DNA of 63,622 nucleotides, the filler included, from Octopus bimaculoides (lineage: Eukaryota), in the NCBI RefSeq assembly GCF_001194135.2. It is 5 parts of 5 records of this genome, joined end to end, with 100 filler letters (N's around TTAATTAATTAA, not from the genome) between each part and the next. Parts side by side here need not be neighbours in the genome. Positions count along the whole stretch, not along the records: positions 11,855 to 29,220 come from NC_069001.1; positions 29,321 to 45,205 come from NC_068995.1; 3 more parts are not named here. One strand, given 5' to 3'. The notes under the pieces are model-generated. The model did not search any database and was not told where the DNA came from. It was given only the letters and a program-made list of their open reading frames with translations. A program made the translations under genes and the position numbers. Within the stretch, counting starts at the first letter, position 1. The number at the start of each line of letters is the position of its first letter. Shown piece by piece: positions 25,201-39,269 of the stretch.

Positions 25201-25759
25201 GTTTTCAACAACATTGCTGAAGCAATCAGCTATGAAATCAGTGACAGCAGAAATAAAATGCACATGCTACAACTTGGAGGATTGTCTTGGTCGAAGAGTG
25301 AGAAGGGTAGGGGTCCCAAGATCTGCTCTAATGGTTTGTTTTCCATGGCACATAACTGAACGATGATAGATGACCAGGAGATGTACATAAAAATTCCATT
25401 ATATATTACCCAATCCTTATTGAGAGCAGATCAATTTTGTTTCCGAGGCCACAAGACATCTCTTTTTAGTGAGGGTAACCAACCTGTACAGGAGAGACTG
25501 AGGGAAGCATAATGAGAGGAAAGAGCAATTGCTTTGGAGTTTCTGGAAGACAGTTTCAGAAATGAGTGGAGGCATGTGCCTGTGGATGTGGGCAGACAAG
25601 GGCTTGCAGAGGATTCTCATAGTATGCCTTATGAAGCCTTATCTATTGCAAGTACAAACAATGAAAAATCATTACAATCAAAATAGAAGCTGAAAAGAAA
25701 GCATGCCTCCACTCATTTTTGCAACTGTGCTGCGGCCTGTCTACATTTTTGTGTGATGT

Positions 25760-26120
25760 TGTTCTCTAAGAGCCTCTTGTCGTGGTTATTTGTCTTATCT
25801 GAAATAGTAGGGTTCTATCTGTATTTTTAAGGAGGTGTATATTGGATCTAAGCTTACGTTGAAAGGTGAATGAGGACTTACGGAACCTAAGGTTTGGTAT
25901 AATGCTCAGCAGGACTGCTTTGAAAGCTTCGAGTTCTTTGATCTTGGGTGGGAATCTTCTAGACCTGATGTTAAAGTGGTCTTTGTCTGAGTGTGGTGCA
26001 GCTTGGTCGAAGAAAAATGCTTTCCAACTCATGCATCTTATAATATCAATTTTTCAAAGTAGCATTCTTTTGTATAGTTCATGTGATGGTGTAGGAATAT
26101 TTCTAAAGGAATATCCAATG
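25760..26120 (-). mobile_element. Penelope-like retroelement fragment (region N-terminal to RT)
   Basis: Minus-strand reading KNIPTPSHELYKRMLLFEK... then MSWKAFFFD...FNIRSRRFPPKIKELEAFKAVLLSIIPNLRFRK matches the PLE consensus YSLKNIP...RMRWKAFFF...PPQIKEL..FE.DL...I..I.FRK. Confidence 0.75.
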
Positions 26121-27584
26121 TTGTGTAAATCCATTAATGCGGAGAGTATTATAGATAATTCGTGAATATGTAGAAGCGCCCAGCTGGTGCTGGAGTTGTG
26201 AGAAATGGACCTGGTAGTGGTCTATTATCATACACTTTGTGACTGGAGAGCGAAGAATCTTCGTTATAAGATCATAAATCAGGAAAAGAGCATACCCTAT
26301 AAAATATATACACACACTTACACATATATTCTAAATTTCATTAAGTATCATGCAGAAATATAGGAAAATCCAGAATTAAAGTTAATGCATATCAACCACT
26401 GTAATTTATTAATTCAAAACTTGCTTTAGATCAAGTCTGAAATAGTTTCATAAATTGCATAAGTTTCCAAACACCAATGGCCAAATGTATACCAACCAGA
26501 AGTTTTATTGTGGATATTGAGTGATATTTAATTCATTCAAAATACACTACACGTTTTTGGATAATTTTGAATGTAAGGAGTCCCTTTTTTTCACTAACTA
26601 TACAATTTTAACGTTAAAAAGTAAACAAAGTGGTTGCATCACATGTACACTAGTATACGTTACATTTCAAATTATCCAAAAGTGCTGTGCAGTGCACTAT
26701 GAATAAATTAATTAATCTATGTTGTTAGTACATACATGTTATGCAAATTTAACTCAACACTTTAGCTGAGTTTTAGTTTGTAGTTACTGTAACTAGCCAT
26801 AAGCAATTAATCTCTCCATAGAGAAAAGATGATTAGTTGTTTCCTGGTGATGGTCTGAGAAAATTAGAAACTGATTGTATTAATCTCACTTCTGTTAACA
26901 GAGATAAACCTTATGTTATAACTACTTTGTTTACATTTTACTGTGAGGTTAAAATTGTATGTTTATTAGTAAAAAAATGTGCACCTTACTTTTCAAATTG
27001 ACCAATATATAATTAATTTGACTGACTGAATTTGCATGATCCTAACCATCAATGTGGGTCAGATTGAAGTCTTGATCCTTTGCATAGGCATGTTCTATCT
27101 TGGGGTTAACATCCAGAATTGTTTACTTTCAAATGCTCAATTAACAAATGTTTCTAGATATCATCTTCAGAAATGGAACATTTAATTCATTTTTACCTCT
27201 TCACTCCATTTCAGTTGGTTTAGTTTGTCCCTTACTCCTGCATTTATACATAATACCAGATTGAATTCAAGTTTCAAACTTTTATTTCTAAACAAAGGAC
27301 TTACTTTACTAAGCCTAGATCAAACTGTAAATGTCAAAAATTGTTTCTTCTCTAATACTGTGGTAAATAGTTAAAAATATTGTCTTTTTAACAAAGAATT
27401 TCCATTTGATGAAAACACAGGAGGTCTATTTTAATGTTTTGTGTTAGAGCTTGTCCAATTCAGAAACCTTCTAATATATATTTTGCATTCAGATATGCAG
27501 TTCAACATTTGTTTGTCAATATTTGTTTTTCTGTCTTACAGTAAATTTCTATTACTAATCTTAATGTTACTTTGAAGAAAGGTG

Positions 27585-27790
27585 ATGAGCTGGCAGAATC
27601 ATTAGCATGCTGGGCAAAATGCTTTGTGGCATTTCATCCATCTTTATGTTGTGAGTTCAAATCCAACTGAGGTTGGCTTTGCCTTTCATCCCTTTCAGGG
27701 TTGATAAAATAAGTACCAGTTGGACATTGGGGTCAATGTAATCGACTTAATCTCTCCCCTGAACTTGCTGGCCTTGTGCCAAAATTTGAA
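27585..27790 (+). mobile_element. tRNA-derived SINE family B
   Basis: GAGCTGGCAGAATCATTAGC...GAGTTCAAATCCAACTGAGGTTGGCTTTGCCTTTCATCCCTTTCAGGGTTGATAAAATAAGTACCAG; the same family recurs at 41460, 42250, 60310, 60595 and 62830. Confidence 0.8.
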
Positions 27791-28662
27791 AGCTAAGTTA
27801 CATTGAAGGGAATTAAGAGCACTCTTACAAGCATGTAATATGCCATATACATACACATTTATATTTATACATATAATGCAAGAATAGTAAACAAATATTT
27901 AAATGTCAAGGTGACCAGAAATTAGGTTGCCAGATTTGATTTATGGACTTTAGAGTAAAGAAAACACAAAGTAGGAATCTGTAGCTACAGTTAGGTTACC
28001 GCGATTAAATTAATACAAGACTACTAGAGAGATTGACTTTGCTTACAAACCAACTGAATGAGGCAGAATAGTGATACATTAAGATAAGTGATCTCTGCAG
28101 CTAAAGGAAGATATGAATGGATAGAGATAGACTTCTCTAACTGTTACATAAGATAAATCTTCTCTGATGTCCACATTGACAAATTCATAAAGGTGGGGAA
28201 CATTTGGTTCATTAGTAGAGCATCTTTACTCCTCCCTACTGTATAGTCTGAAGCTTGCTTATATCGTGAATTCAGGAATGTGTATAAATAATCCTTATTG
28301 GTTAGTTACCTTAAAAAAATATTAAAGTTTGACTGAAACTGATCACAGGAAAGAAAGTGATACTGGTTTGATACTCAGAGACTTTTGTTAAGATTGAAAG
28401 TCATTTTATGTATTCTTAAAATTTTTTTTTTTATTTTAGAATGGTTTCTAATTTCAGGAAATTTTCGTTGTTGGTAAGTCTTTGTTCCTCCAGATTCAGA
28501 CCAATGACCTCGATGCATGTACAAAAGATTAATGAAGAAAAGAAACTACTCTGAAAGAAATCCTCTCTTGAAAGCAATTTCAAAACGGTTGTGAGCAAAT
28601 CTTTGCATTTGCTTCTCTCTTTTCATTTGTTTGAAGCTCATTTTCAAATTTCTGTTTTGCAG

Positions 28663-28904
28663 GTACTGTAAGGAAGGAAAAGGAGAGAGAAAGAGAAGAA
28701 CGGGTCAGAGTTGCAAGAGAGAAGTTAGCTGATGAACGGAAAAAGAAGATAGAAGAATTGAAAGAACAACAGCGGTTGGCACAAGAGCATCGTGAAAGAC
28801 AGCAAGAATTAAGGCGTCGGAAAATTGATGAGCTACGTCGCAGAGAGGAAGAAAGAAGAGCTGCCGTGGAAGAACGCCGTCGCAGACAGGAAGAAGACCA
28901 GAGA
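28663..28904 (+). CDS. MAP7: Internal exon of a MAP7/ensconsin-like protein (N-terminal coiled-coil microtubule-binding region)
   Basis: Acceptor TTTCTGTTTTGCAG| at 28662 and donor AGA|GTAAGT at 28905; 242 nt, phase 1 in, phase 0 out. Translation: TVRKEKEREREERVRVAREKLADERKKKIEELKEQQRLAQEHRERQQELRRRKIDELRRREEERRAAVEERRRRQEEDQR. The motif EERRAAVEERRR matches MAP7-family EERRRAAVEEKRRQ. Confidence 0.8.
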
Positions 28905-29098
28905 GTAAGTACTGAGTTCTGTCTCTCACTTTTTTTTTTACTTCTCTCCAATTCCTTAGGTTTTTTTATTTTGTACCCTTGACCATTAACATTATATCAC
29001 TGTATAATAGAATAGAGAACTTTACTTTTGGTCTGCTTTTTTACATCATTTTTGCCAGTGAATCATAAAGTTCTTAATACTGAACACTATATGTTTGG

Positions 29099-29220
29099 AA
29101 ATAATAATTACATATCTAACAGCTGGTAAAAATAATAATTACATATCTAACAGCTGGTAAAAATAATAATTACATATCTAACAGCTGGTAAAAATAATAA
29201 TTACATATCTAACAGCTGGT
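29099..29220. repeat. 31-bp perfect tandem repeat, about 4 copies, running into a gap
   Basis: Unit AAAATAATAATTACATATCTAACAGCTGGTA. Confidence 0.9.
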
Positions 29221-29348
29221 NNNNNNNNNNNNNNNNNNNNNNNNNNNNNNNNNNNNNNNNNNNNTTAATTAATTAANNNNNNNNNNNNNNNNNNNNNNNN
29301 NNNNNNNNNNNNNNNNNNNNGTGTGTGAGTGTGTATCGTCTGTACTTG

Positions 29349-29424
<76 letters not shown>

Positions 29425-29764
29425 TATGTATATAGGTATTTATAATTTAATGCATTTAATGTATTGTTATTTCTTATCTACGGTTTCACAACTTTGTTCC
29501 GTTGTTTATCTTAAACAATATACCACTTGCTCGTATATGTGTTGTTTTGCTTGTTTAATTGAGCATAGCAGTTCTAATATCACGAAGATAAAGCTTATTC
29601 TGAAAGTCTAGTGTTTCAGGTATTTTGTATAGAGATAATCTTTTTACGTTATTTGTGAGAGAAAGTAAGCTATAAAGCGTGTTTAATAGACATCTATATA
29701 AAGATTTAACACACAGATAAAACGTATATCCAGATTTTCATTCTAATGGAGTAGAAATATATAC

Positions 29765-29795
<31 letters not shown>

Positions 29796-30361
29796 CACGT
29801 GTGTGTGTGTGTATGTATGTAGAGATCTATCACAAGAGCATATGTAGACAAACAGATAATGATATTTTATTTGTGTATAACAAAATTGAGTAAACCGATA
29901 ATATATAAACTGGAGAGTTCAGAAAGTTGATCAAACAAGCAGATGCATACATTCACGGACACATAAGAGATGAATGCAATTCTATGCACACACGTAAATA
30001 CATACACACACACATACATACATAGAAAATATGCAGAGATATCACACACACACGTATATATATATATATATGTGTACGTAGGTACATATTTATAATTATA
30101 TCAATGACGTATGTGATATTGAACGGAGGAAAATAAGTGAGATGCGGAGGAAATTGAAGATAAAATCACATGCGTACATCCATGTAAACGCATATATGGT
30201 TGCTGTGGGGGATGAGGCTGATTTTCCGCTACATGTTCTTAAGTGGTGGGCAGGTATGGGGAGATAGTTATTAGTTATTTGGAGTACGTGTATTGTATGC
30301 AAGTGGACATATGCATACATATATATACATACACAGAAACACATGCATATTTATAAATATG

Positions 30362-30404
<43 letters not shown>

Positions 30405-31118
30405 NNNNNNNNNNNNNNNNNNNNNNNNNNNNNNNNNNNNNNNNNNNNNNNNNNNNNNNNNNNNNNNNNNNNNNNNNNNNNNNNNNNNNNNNNNNNNNNN
30501 NNNNNNNNNNNNNNNNNNNNNNNNNNNNNNNNNNNNNNNNNNNNNNNNNNNNNNNNNNNNNNNNNNNNNNNNNNNNNNNNNNNNNNNNNNNNNNNNNNNN
30601 NNNNNNNNNNNNNNNNNNNNNNNNNNNNNNNNNNNNNNNNNNNNNNNNNNNNNNNNNNNNNNNNNNNNNNNNNNNNNNNNNNNNNNNNNNNNNNNNNNNN
30701 NNNNNNNNNNNNNNNNNNNNNNNNNNNNNNNNNNNNNNNNNNNNNNNNNNNNNNNNNNNNNNNNNNNNNNNNNNNNNNNNNNNNNNNNNNNNNNNNNNNN
30801 NNNNNNNNNNNNNNNNNNNNNNNNNNNNNNNNNNNNNNNNNNNNNNNNNNNNNNNNNNNNNNNNNNNNNNNNNNNNNNNNNNNNNNNNNNNNNNNNNNNN
30901 NNNNNNNNNNNNNNNNNNNNNNNNNNNNNNNNNNNNNNNNNNNNNNNNNNNNNNNNNNNNNNNNNNNNNNNNNNNNNNNNNNNNNNNNNNNNNNNNNNNN
31001 NNNNNNNNNNNNNNNNNNNNNNNNNNNNNNNNNNNNNNNNNNNNNNNNNNNNNNNNNNNNNNNNNNNNNNNNNNNNNNNNNNNNNNNNNNNNNNNNNNNN
31101 NNNNNNNNNNNNNNNNNN

Positions 31119-31152
<34 letters not shown>

Positions 31153-31167
31153 TATACACATCCATAC

Positions 31168-31247
31168 GCGCGCATATGTATGGGAGTGTATTTTATGCAC
31201 GTTTTGTTTGTATTTGAAGACGATGCAATTGCCTTCATTATTGTCAC
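31168..31247 (-). CDS. Candidate internal exon, possibly the TGF-beta prodomain continuation
   Basis: Strong acceptor CTTCTTTCGTGTCTTTTATTTCAG|G at 31248. Phase-1 reading gives DNNEGNCIVFKYKQNVHKIHSHTYAR(VWMCI), loosely like myostatin exon 2 ([24 protein letters not shown]). The donor is uncertain (GC|GTATGG at 31167), or the frame runs into (TA)n and a gap. Confidence 0.3.
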
Positions 31248-31924
31248 CTGAAATAAAAGACACGAAAGAAGTCTAAAGAGAAGGTGGAGCTGATGAAGCA
31301 GAAGGAGGGGGAGGAGGTGTAAAAGACGAGAGAATCGCGTTGCAAATAATATAAACGATATCAATGATAATCATATGAACGTTTGGTAACAAAACATCAT
31401 AACTACAAACAACACACTTTACACTTCACACCAAAAACACCCAGATTCGTACCTACCACGTGGGTTCGTTCTGCTCTCATTTTCTCTCTAGCTATCTCTG
31501 CGTCTCTCTATCAATCTGTACATTTTATATGTAAAATGTATACATACGTATTTACAGAGACAGACACACACATACACATACATAAATATATATATATATA
31601 TATACATATATATGCAGATATAATTATGCCTATTAATATTTTAGCATAATTATACTGGTATATATGCACACTGTATCTAGCTATGTACGTACACACAAAC
31701 ACATATACATACATATATATATATAAATATATACATATACATACATATATACGTGCATACGTACAAGCTACAGACGCACACACTCACTTGCACATATAAT
31801 ACACACACATTTTCATACAATTTAGTTTTAAACACATTTCAAAACATCTTTAGAAAACATTCAAAAACTTCTCTCGTTGATTCTAACCGATTATTCTGGC
31901 AAATTCTACAAAATACTCTCCCAT

Positions 31925-31953
31925 GATTATTGCTATTATTATCATTATTATTA

Positions 31954-31987
<34 letters not shown>

Positions 31988-32038
31988 CATCCTCATCATC
32001 TTCATTATTATTATCATTAGTAGTAGTAGTTTTATTAC

Positions 32039-32072
<34 letters not shown>

Positions 32073-32075
32073 GTG

Positions 32076-32116
<41 letters not shown>
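31925..32116. repeat. (ATT)n/(ATC)n microsatellite; similar arrays at 35110-35480, 49315-49515, 60460-60590, 60830-61025, 61130-61250 and 62760-62825
   Basis: Directly visible trinucleotide runs; they produce the poly-I/N/Y/D ORFs in the track. Confidence 0.95.
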
Positions 32117-32117
<1 letters not shown>

Positions 32118-32530
32118 TGCTTCTCATTGAAAGTTGTCTTAAACACAAGACTGAACAGCCAATGCTGTAATGTATTAAAGAGCTTTTATCTCAAACTGAT
32201 TCACTAAGCATGTCTTTCTAACGCTGAATTTTCTGCTTCCGCAATCTAAATGCGTTTCAAATATTATTTCTTTTTCTTCCCTGCATTCATTCCTTCATTC
32301 AGTCTTTCTGCCTCTTTTTTTTCTTCTTAGTTTCTCCCCTTTCTCCTCTTTCTCCATCTTACTTTCTGTCTTTTTTCTCCTCTTCTTTTCTCTATCTTTC
32401 TTATCGTATCTTTTTGGTTGCTTTTTCTTTCTTTTTCTTCTCTTTGTTATTTTTATTCATTTCGCTTCATTTTCTTTTCATAAATTTCTCTTTGTTTATG
32501 TGTTTAGTGGCTTGTTTCCTTTATGATTAA

Positions 32531-32561
<31 letters not shown>

Positions 32562-32722
32562 CGTGTATTTGTGTATATATGTGAATATATTTGTGTATGC
32601 GTGTATACATACACACATACACATATACATATATATATATATAACATGCATTCATATCTATATTCATTTGTTTTATAATTTTATAATTTCTTCTATATTT
32701 AGGAGGTTATCTTATTATTGTG

Positions 32723-32775
<53 letters not shown>

Positions 32776-32808
32776 ATATGTATGTATATATGTGTGTATA
32801 TATGAATG

Positions 32809-32842
<34 letters not shown>

Positions 32843-33515
32843 TGTATGTATATGTCTGTGTATATGTTATGAATATACATACTGACAGATACATAGGTCT
32901 AAACGAGTCTGCGTATCTTTGTACGTGCGTATATTTATCTCTCACTCTCTCTCGTTCCTTCTCTGTGTCTTGTGCGTATGTGTGATTGTATGTGTGTATG
33001 CGTGTGTGTGTATGTATGTATGTATGTATGCGTGTGTATGAGCGTGTGTGTGTGTGTGTGTGTACTTGTGTCTGTATGTTTGCGTGTTAGTGCGCGCATA
33101 TTATCCTGATTTCAAATACAAAATCCACATTTGAACCCGACGCTTTAGTAACGAAGGCTCTTGTACATTATCGGCCATTTCTACATGTGCACACGTATTC
33201 ACGCTCTTGCATACAATGTATAGACATACGCACAAACATACATACATGAAAATAGACTTTATACATACTTAGAACTATGCTTCGGCACAGACACACATAT
33301 GCAGCTTTATAGACGTATATGCAGATTCATACTTGCATATACTCATAATATACATTCGCACAGAAATACTGAATTATGCTTTACAAATATATCTCTCATT
33401 CTGTTCTATTTCTCTCTTTCTTTCTCTCCCTCACCTTCTTTATTCCTCTCTACCTTGCGCTACTTGATTATATGAAACTCTGCGACGATCTATCTCATCA
33501 CATGCGTCTAATCTA

Positions 33516-33573
<58 letters not shown>

Positions 33574-33735
33574 GCAGAAGGGTAGGAGGAAGAAGAAAGG
33601 GAGGAAGAAGGGGAAGGAGAAGAAGAAAATAATAAACTAGGCAACTATTGTAACTAAACAAAAATATACGTGCACGGACACATATATATGTATACATATA
33701 TGCATGTAATATATACACACACATACACAGATACA

Positions 33736-33804
<69 letters not shown>

Positions 33805-34419
33805 NNNNNNNNNNNNNNNNNNNNNNNNNNNNNNNNNNNNNNNNNNNNNNNNNNNNNNNNNNNNNNNNNNNNNNNNNNNNNNNNNNNNNNNNNNNNNNNN
33901 NNNNNNNNNNNNNNNNNNNNNNNNNNNNNNNNNNNNNNNNNNNNNNNNNNNNNNNNNNNNNNNNNNNNNNNNNNNNNNNNNNNNNNNNNNNNNNNNNNNN
34001 NNNNNNNNNNNNNNNNNNNNNNNNNNNTATATATATATATATGTGTGTGTACAGGCACACACGCGTGTGCGTGTGTGTGAAGGTGTGTAATAAAAGAGGA
34101 ATAAAACTAGAGATAATCTTATGGAAGTTGCTTGGAAGATGTCATTAATGTGTCTTCCGATCGAGTTTGGTAGCGAAGTTAAAATTTCTGGTTGGTATCA
34201 GATGTTCTTGGCGAGGTAACCTGAGATATGACGAGGAATATTTTGGTACTTTGTACTTTAGTGAGCGTAAGCTTGCGTGACCTGGAGTGGAGTATGGTAG
34301 CGCTGTATGGCGTCCGTCGCTCTAGTGATGCAGTATGCTGCAGTATGGTCACTCAGCCGTGATCTTTTCGTATGTTTATTTGGTAAAAACAAATGACCAA
34401 CTCAAAACATAAGAGTATA

Positions 34420-34459
<40 letters not shown>

Positions 34460-35324
34460 GAACGTAGGACCCACTTGATATCCGTGGCGTTTTTGCATTT
34501 TGGTATCGTCACAAAAAATCCCATTTGACGTACGTAGCAGAATGAACGAAACACAACTTGATTTATGTTGGTTGTATCACAGATCAATTAAACAAAAGTT
34601 TAAATGGGTACATATATGACATCCAGGCACAATAACAGTACTTCGACAGAACTTGCCGAACATGTTTCATAAAACGGCTGCAATTTTGCAAAAAAGACTT
34701 GAAAGCGCATCTTCTCAGAAAATATTCTGAATCTACTACACTTTTAGTCCTCAAAATGGATGAAGAGAAACATGTTTGTGAGTTATCAAATTTACACCCC
34801 TGAGGAATGAATAATATGACAGGAGAATTACAAACTGATTGATTAAATATTCTTCTTGTTTTTCCTTTCTTTTGTTTTCCTTTCTTTCTTTTCTCTTTGC
34901 CTGTTTTAAACTTGAAAATTGATCACTGATGATGTCATTCAATCAACCTGGACACGCTGGTTGCCCTCTTTCATATTTGGTATTTGAATTTATATAAGTT
35001 TTAATTTTTAGGTATCACGTTTTATTTTTAACTCGACAAAGACACACTAGCTGTCGAAATATCGTTTAACCAATGGAATATCTATAGCAATCGCATTGCG
35101 CTCTTTGTATTGACTAACATTATTGTTATTATTATCATTATTATTTTATTATTATTATCATTATTGTTATTATTATTATTACTAGTATTATTAACATTAT
35201 TATTATAGTTATTATTATCATCATTAGTATTATTATTATAATTTATTATTATTATTATCATTATCATTATTATTATTATTATGATTATAATTATTATTAT
35301 TATGAGTATTAGTATTATTATCAA

Positions 35325-35364
<40 letters not shown>

Positions 35365-35932
35365 GCTATTATTTTTATTTTCATTATCATTATCATCATT
35401 ATTATTATTATCATCATTATCATTATCATCATCATTATCATTATCATCATCATCATTATTATTATTATTATTATTATTATTACATTTATACGATGCTATA
35501 TCGGCAGAGTTTGGTGCGATCCCATAAAACCGCTGTTGCAGGTTGGAATCCCTAGTTCGTAACCGACATAATAAAAAAAAATAAGCTTTTATGCGCGTGC
35601 TCAAAATCTTTTCCCGTAAACGAACTTATGGGATATGTGTGTGTTTGTGTATATGTATGTGTGTATACATTTCCTTATGTTCTTCTCTCTCTCTCTCTCT
35701 CTCTCTCCAGCATTTCTCTCCTTCCTATCTTTTCCTTCTGCAGAAGAGCGTATGATGATCGTAACAAAAAAGACATCTTGATCATTAACATAATATACCC
35801 ACATTTTTTTTTTGTTTATCTCGCTTCACGTTTTTTTTCTAAAAATACTTATGTACTATACACACACACATACACGCACACGCACATTCACACATACACG
35901 TGGGTACACGCAAACACACACACGTATATACA

Positions 35933-36012
<80 letters not shown>

Positions 36013-36988
36013 TTCATACACACATCCATAAAAAAACACATGTACATACATATACATAAATGTATATGTCTTAGTACTCATGCGTTTCCCCATATATCCG
36101 GTATATATTTCTCGACACGTTCGCCATTTTGATTTTGAATTTCTCACAAAAGTGTTTATAGTTTTTCTGTCCTGAAACCTTTATAATAACGAAAATCAGG
36201 ACACAATTCAAAACGCCAGAGTATATCAATGTCCTATAAATTCGATAGTACTGTGTAACGCCACAAAAGCAGTTGTAATATAGCTTGATGCTGGTTGTGA
36301 GCGTACAACATAGTTGTGAATGTCTAATGATACTGGCTGTAATCCCTTTCAATAATTAACGATTAGTTCAAACTTTAGTTCCTACATACTTTTGCATGCA
36401 ACGATGAAAACGTTCATGATTAGAGGTCCAGGTATCCAGGTTGCAAGTGTCGAGTGTCATTGCAAATTAGTGCAACGGATATATCTATCACACACTTCGC
36501 CATTTTCTTCACCGGTTATAATTTCACAGATAACAATAAACAACCAATTGTGAGGCAAGTAATTGAACAAAGACACACGTGCGTTCACGCACGTACACGC
36601 ATATCACGGAGAGACTCGCTCACACTCTCAGGTTTGCATCCAATGAACGGCCTCAGATAAACATACACGCAGAGCGTATACATATATTTATGCGTATATG
36701 TGTGTGTTTGTGTGTGTGTGTATAAATATATATATAAATGTGAATAAAAAAGTAAATAAACACACACATATACACAAACACACATATATATTTATATATA
36801 CACATTTATACATGTAGGGATTGGTAGACAGACACATAAAATAGAAACGTACATTAATATATATATATATATATATATACTTATATACACGCACACACAC
36901 GTACACACGCACGTGCATATACACACACACATGTATATGTATGTATATATATATATATAGATATATACAAGCAAGAACGCTTACACGG

Positions 36989-37036
<48 letters not shown>

Positions 37037-39269
37037 ACGTGTGCTTGAATGTGATTTTGTGCGTGTGTATGAATGCTTATGTTTGTGTGTACGTCTGTAT
37101 ACACTCATGTCACAGCACAAACTGAACATTAACCGTGTCAAACGCAGAGATGAACACATACGTATTCACACAGACATACATGTTCACTTACACCACGCAT
37201 ATATGTCCATGCAAGATATAATCACGCAAACAAGAAAAACAAAACAAGAAAAACAAAACACGCCAATTTTCTCTCTGTCTGTTTGTGTATCTTACTTTCT
37301 CGCGCACACTAACAGAAATACAAGCGTGCGCATTTACAAACCCATATAATAAATATTCATATAAAGACACAACACACTGTCTCAATACCTCAAATAGCTA
37401 CATATTCACGCACATTCGCACACAAAAACGCATTCTCAAACTCGCGAAAACATGTACACACGGGCACAGAGGAAGAAAGCCACGCTCTTATGGTCGTCCA
37501 CATCCACATACGCAAAGAACTACGCGCATATTTGGGCATATGCCCTTGCAGATAACAAGAAATCTGACATTGTGTAAGTTGTAAATACTACCATAAAAAT
37601 TCGACTTGCTATTTTTCAATGATGTAAAATGGAGGGCTGTGAAGATTAATGCAGTCTAAGATTGACATTAATAGCTTACCATTCCATGTTTGTGATAGGA
37701 AACACATGTCACAGTTACTGAGGAATCTCTGTAGTGTGTAGAGACTGTTCCGTTCGAAGTTAGAGGTAAACTGCACCAATGATTGTATTTTGGATGATCT
37801 TAGCTGTTTCCATGGTTGTATACTATCGGACCAAGGACCGAGTACCTCTCCCACTCCCTAGTCTGCTTAGTTTCCAGCCTACATTACCGTTAATAGAATA
37901 TACTCAAGAGGAACCGCGTTCCAGTTTTTACTATTTCATCTCAAAGAAAAAAAAAATGAAATGAAGAAGTTGATAATGTAGTTTGGGTACAATGTAAATT
38001 GGAATTCAAAGGATTTGTCATATTTGGAATGTTTTTTACCATGGAATACTACAGCCAACTAGCTTCGAATAATGGTCCATGCTTTTATTAATCGCCTTCA
38101 GTTCTTATTTCGTTACGAGAGGACATAATTATCCTCTCGACCTCTTACCAATAAGCCAGCCTGGCGGAACATCGTGGATGTGGCAGTTGGAATAAAAAAG
38201 GCATGAACCTGCACTTCCCAGGGTTTCAGAACAGTTTACTAAATTGTAGCAATATCGAATGAAGTGCTTTGCTCGAGGACACAACGCACTATCTGGTCTT
38301 GGAATGGAACACACTACCTTATGAACCTAGATAAATGCCATAACTACAAAACCAGGTGCCTTTACTATTTATCATAGACCTGACTTCTCAAACCTGACGT
38401 AAGTCTAATCTAGAAAATTAACAACGGTGATTAATTTGAAAACAGATCTTGATATTTGTCTACTGTTTCATGCTTTGCCAATTGTAAGGTCATGTGAAGA
38501 ACCTATTATATCTTGCCTTTATGTGGTACCACAGTATTTGCACGAAACCAAAGCTTTATAAAGAAGAAATGCGTTTTCTTAACCTGCAGATCTCGAAAAT
38601 ACTACCTATGCAGAACAGTGTTTCATAAGGTAGCTCCTGCAAAACAAATTACAGTGAAACATCTCATGGAAGATAAATTGTTTATGTAAAAGCAAAACCA
38701 AAAAGAATAAATAAAATAAATAAATAAAAAAGAAAAAAAAGAAAACAATACAATCTATTTTAGAGATCGGTATTCATAGAATTCTATTTATCGAAATAAT
38801 AACTGACATGGTATGGAATCAAGTACCATCGAAATAACAAACGAGCTGACCGAGGGGCGCCATTGCCCTTGCTATCATCTGTAGAATGGCAAAATTATTT
38901 TGGCGCAAGCATTCAGACAGGTAACTTAAAGAGCTGCCTGTTGTCGAATGAAGGCATTTCCGTGCCGCACTGCCTTCCTGTGTTATCTCAATAAAATTGC
39001 TCGTTTAGCTTTCTTCGTTCTATCACAATTTAAGTCTTTATAAATTACGAAAAATTGGTTTAAATACATTTAGATAAATTATTCCTCAATACCAAAGTTG
39101 ATATGTTAGGATTTCTGCACTACAATGTATATGTGATAAGAATGTTCAAAGTATGGGCCATTAAAAATAAAAGACAGTAGAAATATTAAGTAAAAACTGA
39201 GCGTACATCTATAGAAAGGACGGAGATTATAGAATTATTTTTACAAGAATAAGCTTTTAGTTCGGTTCA

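Noticed and set aside
23500-25400. Non-repetitive-looking 2-kb stretch as a host exon or defined TE
   Set aside because: All frames are interrupted and there are only vague retroelement-like words; probably an old TE, but it cannot be classified by eye.
34290-34390. Minus-strand KRSR (furin-like) motif considered as the start of the TGF-beta mature domain
   Set aside because: The following sequence lacks the cysteine/tryptophan pattern and hits a stop after about 35 codons.
35082-35604. Poly-Ile/Asn/Asp and poly-His ORFs (also 9475-9663, 31883-32207, 41184-41658, 60282-61329)
   Set aside because: Trinucleotide microsatellites without splice signals or a recognisable domain, unlike the anchored His/Asn insert at 57.3 kb.
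37609-37854. Minus-strand ORF with a possible donor (ATG|GTAAGC at about 37680)
   Set aside because: No polypyrimidine acceptor and no recognisable similarity; not supportable as an exon.
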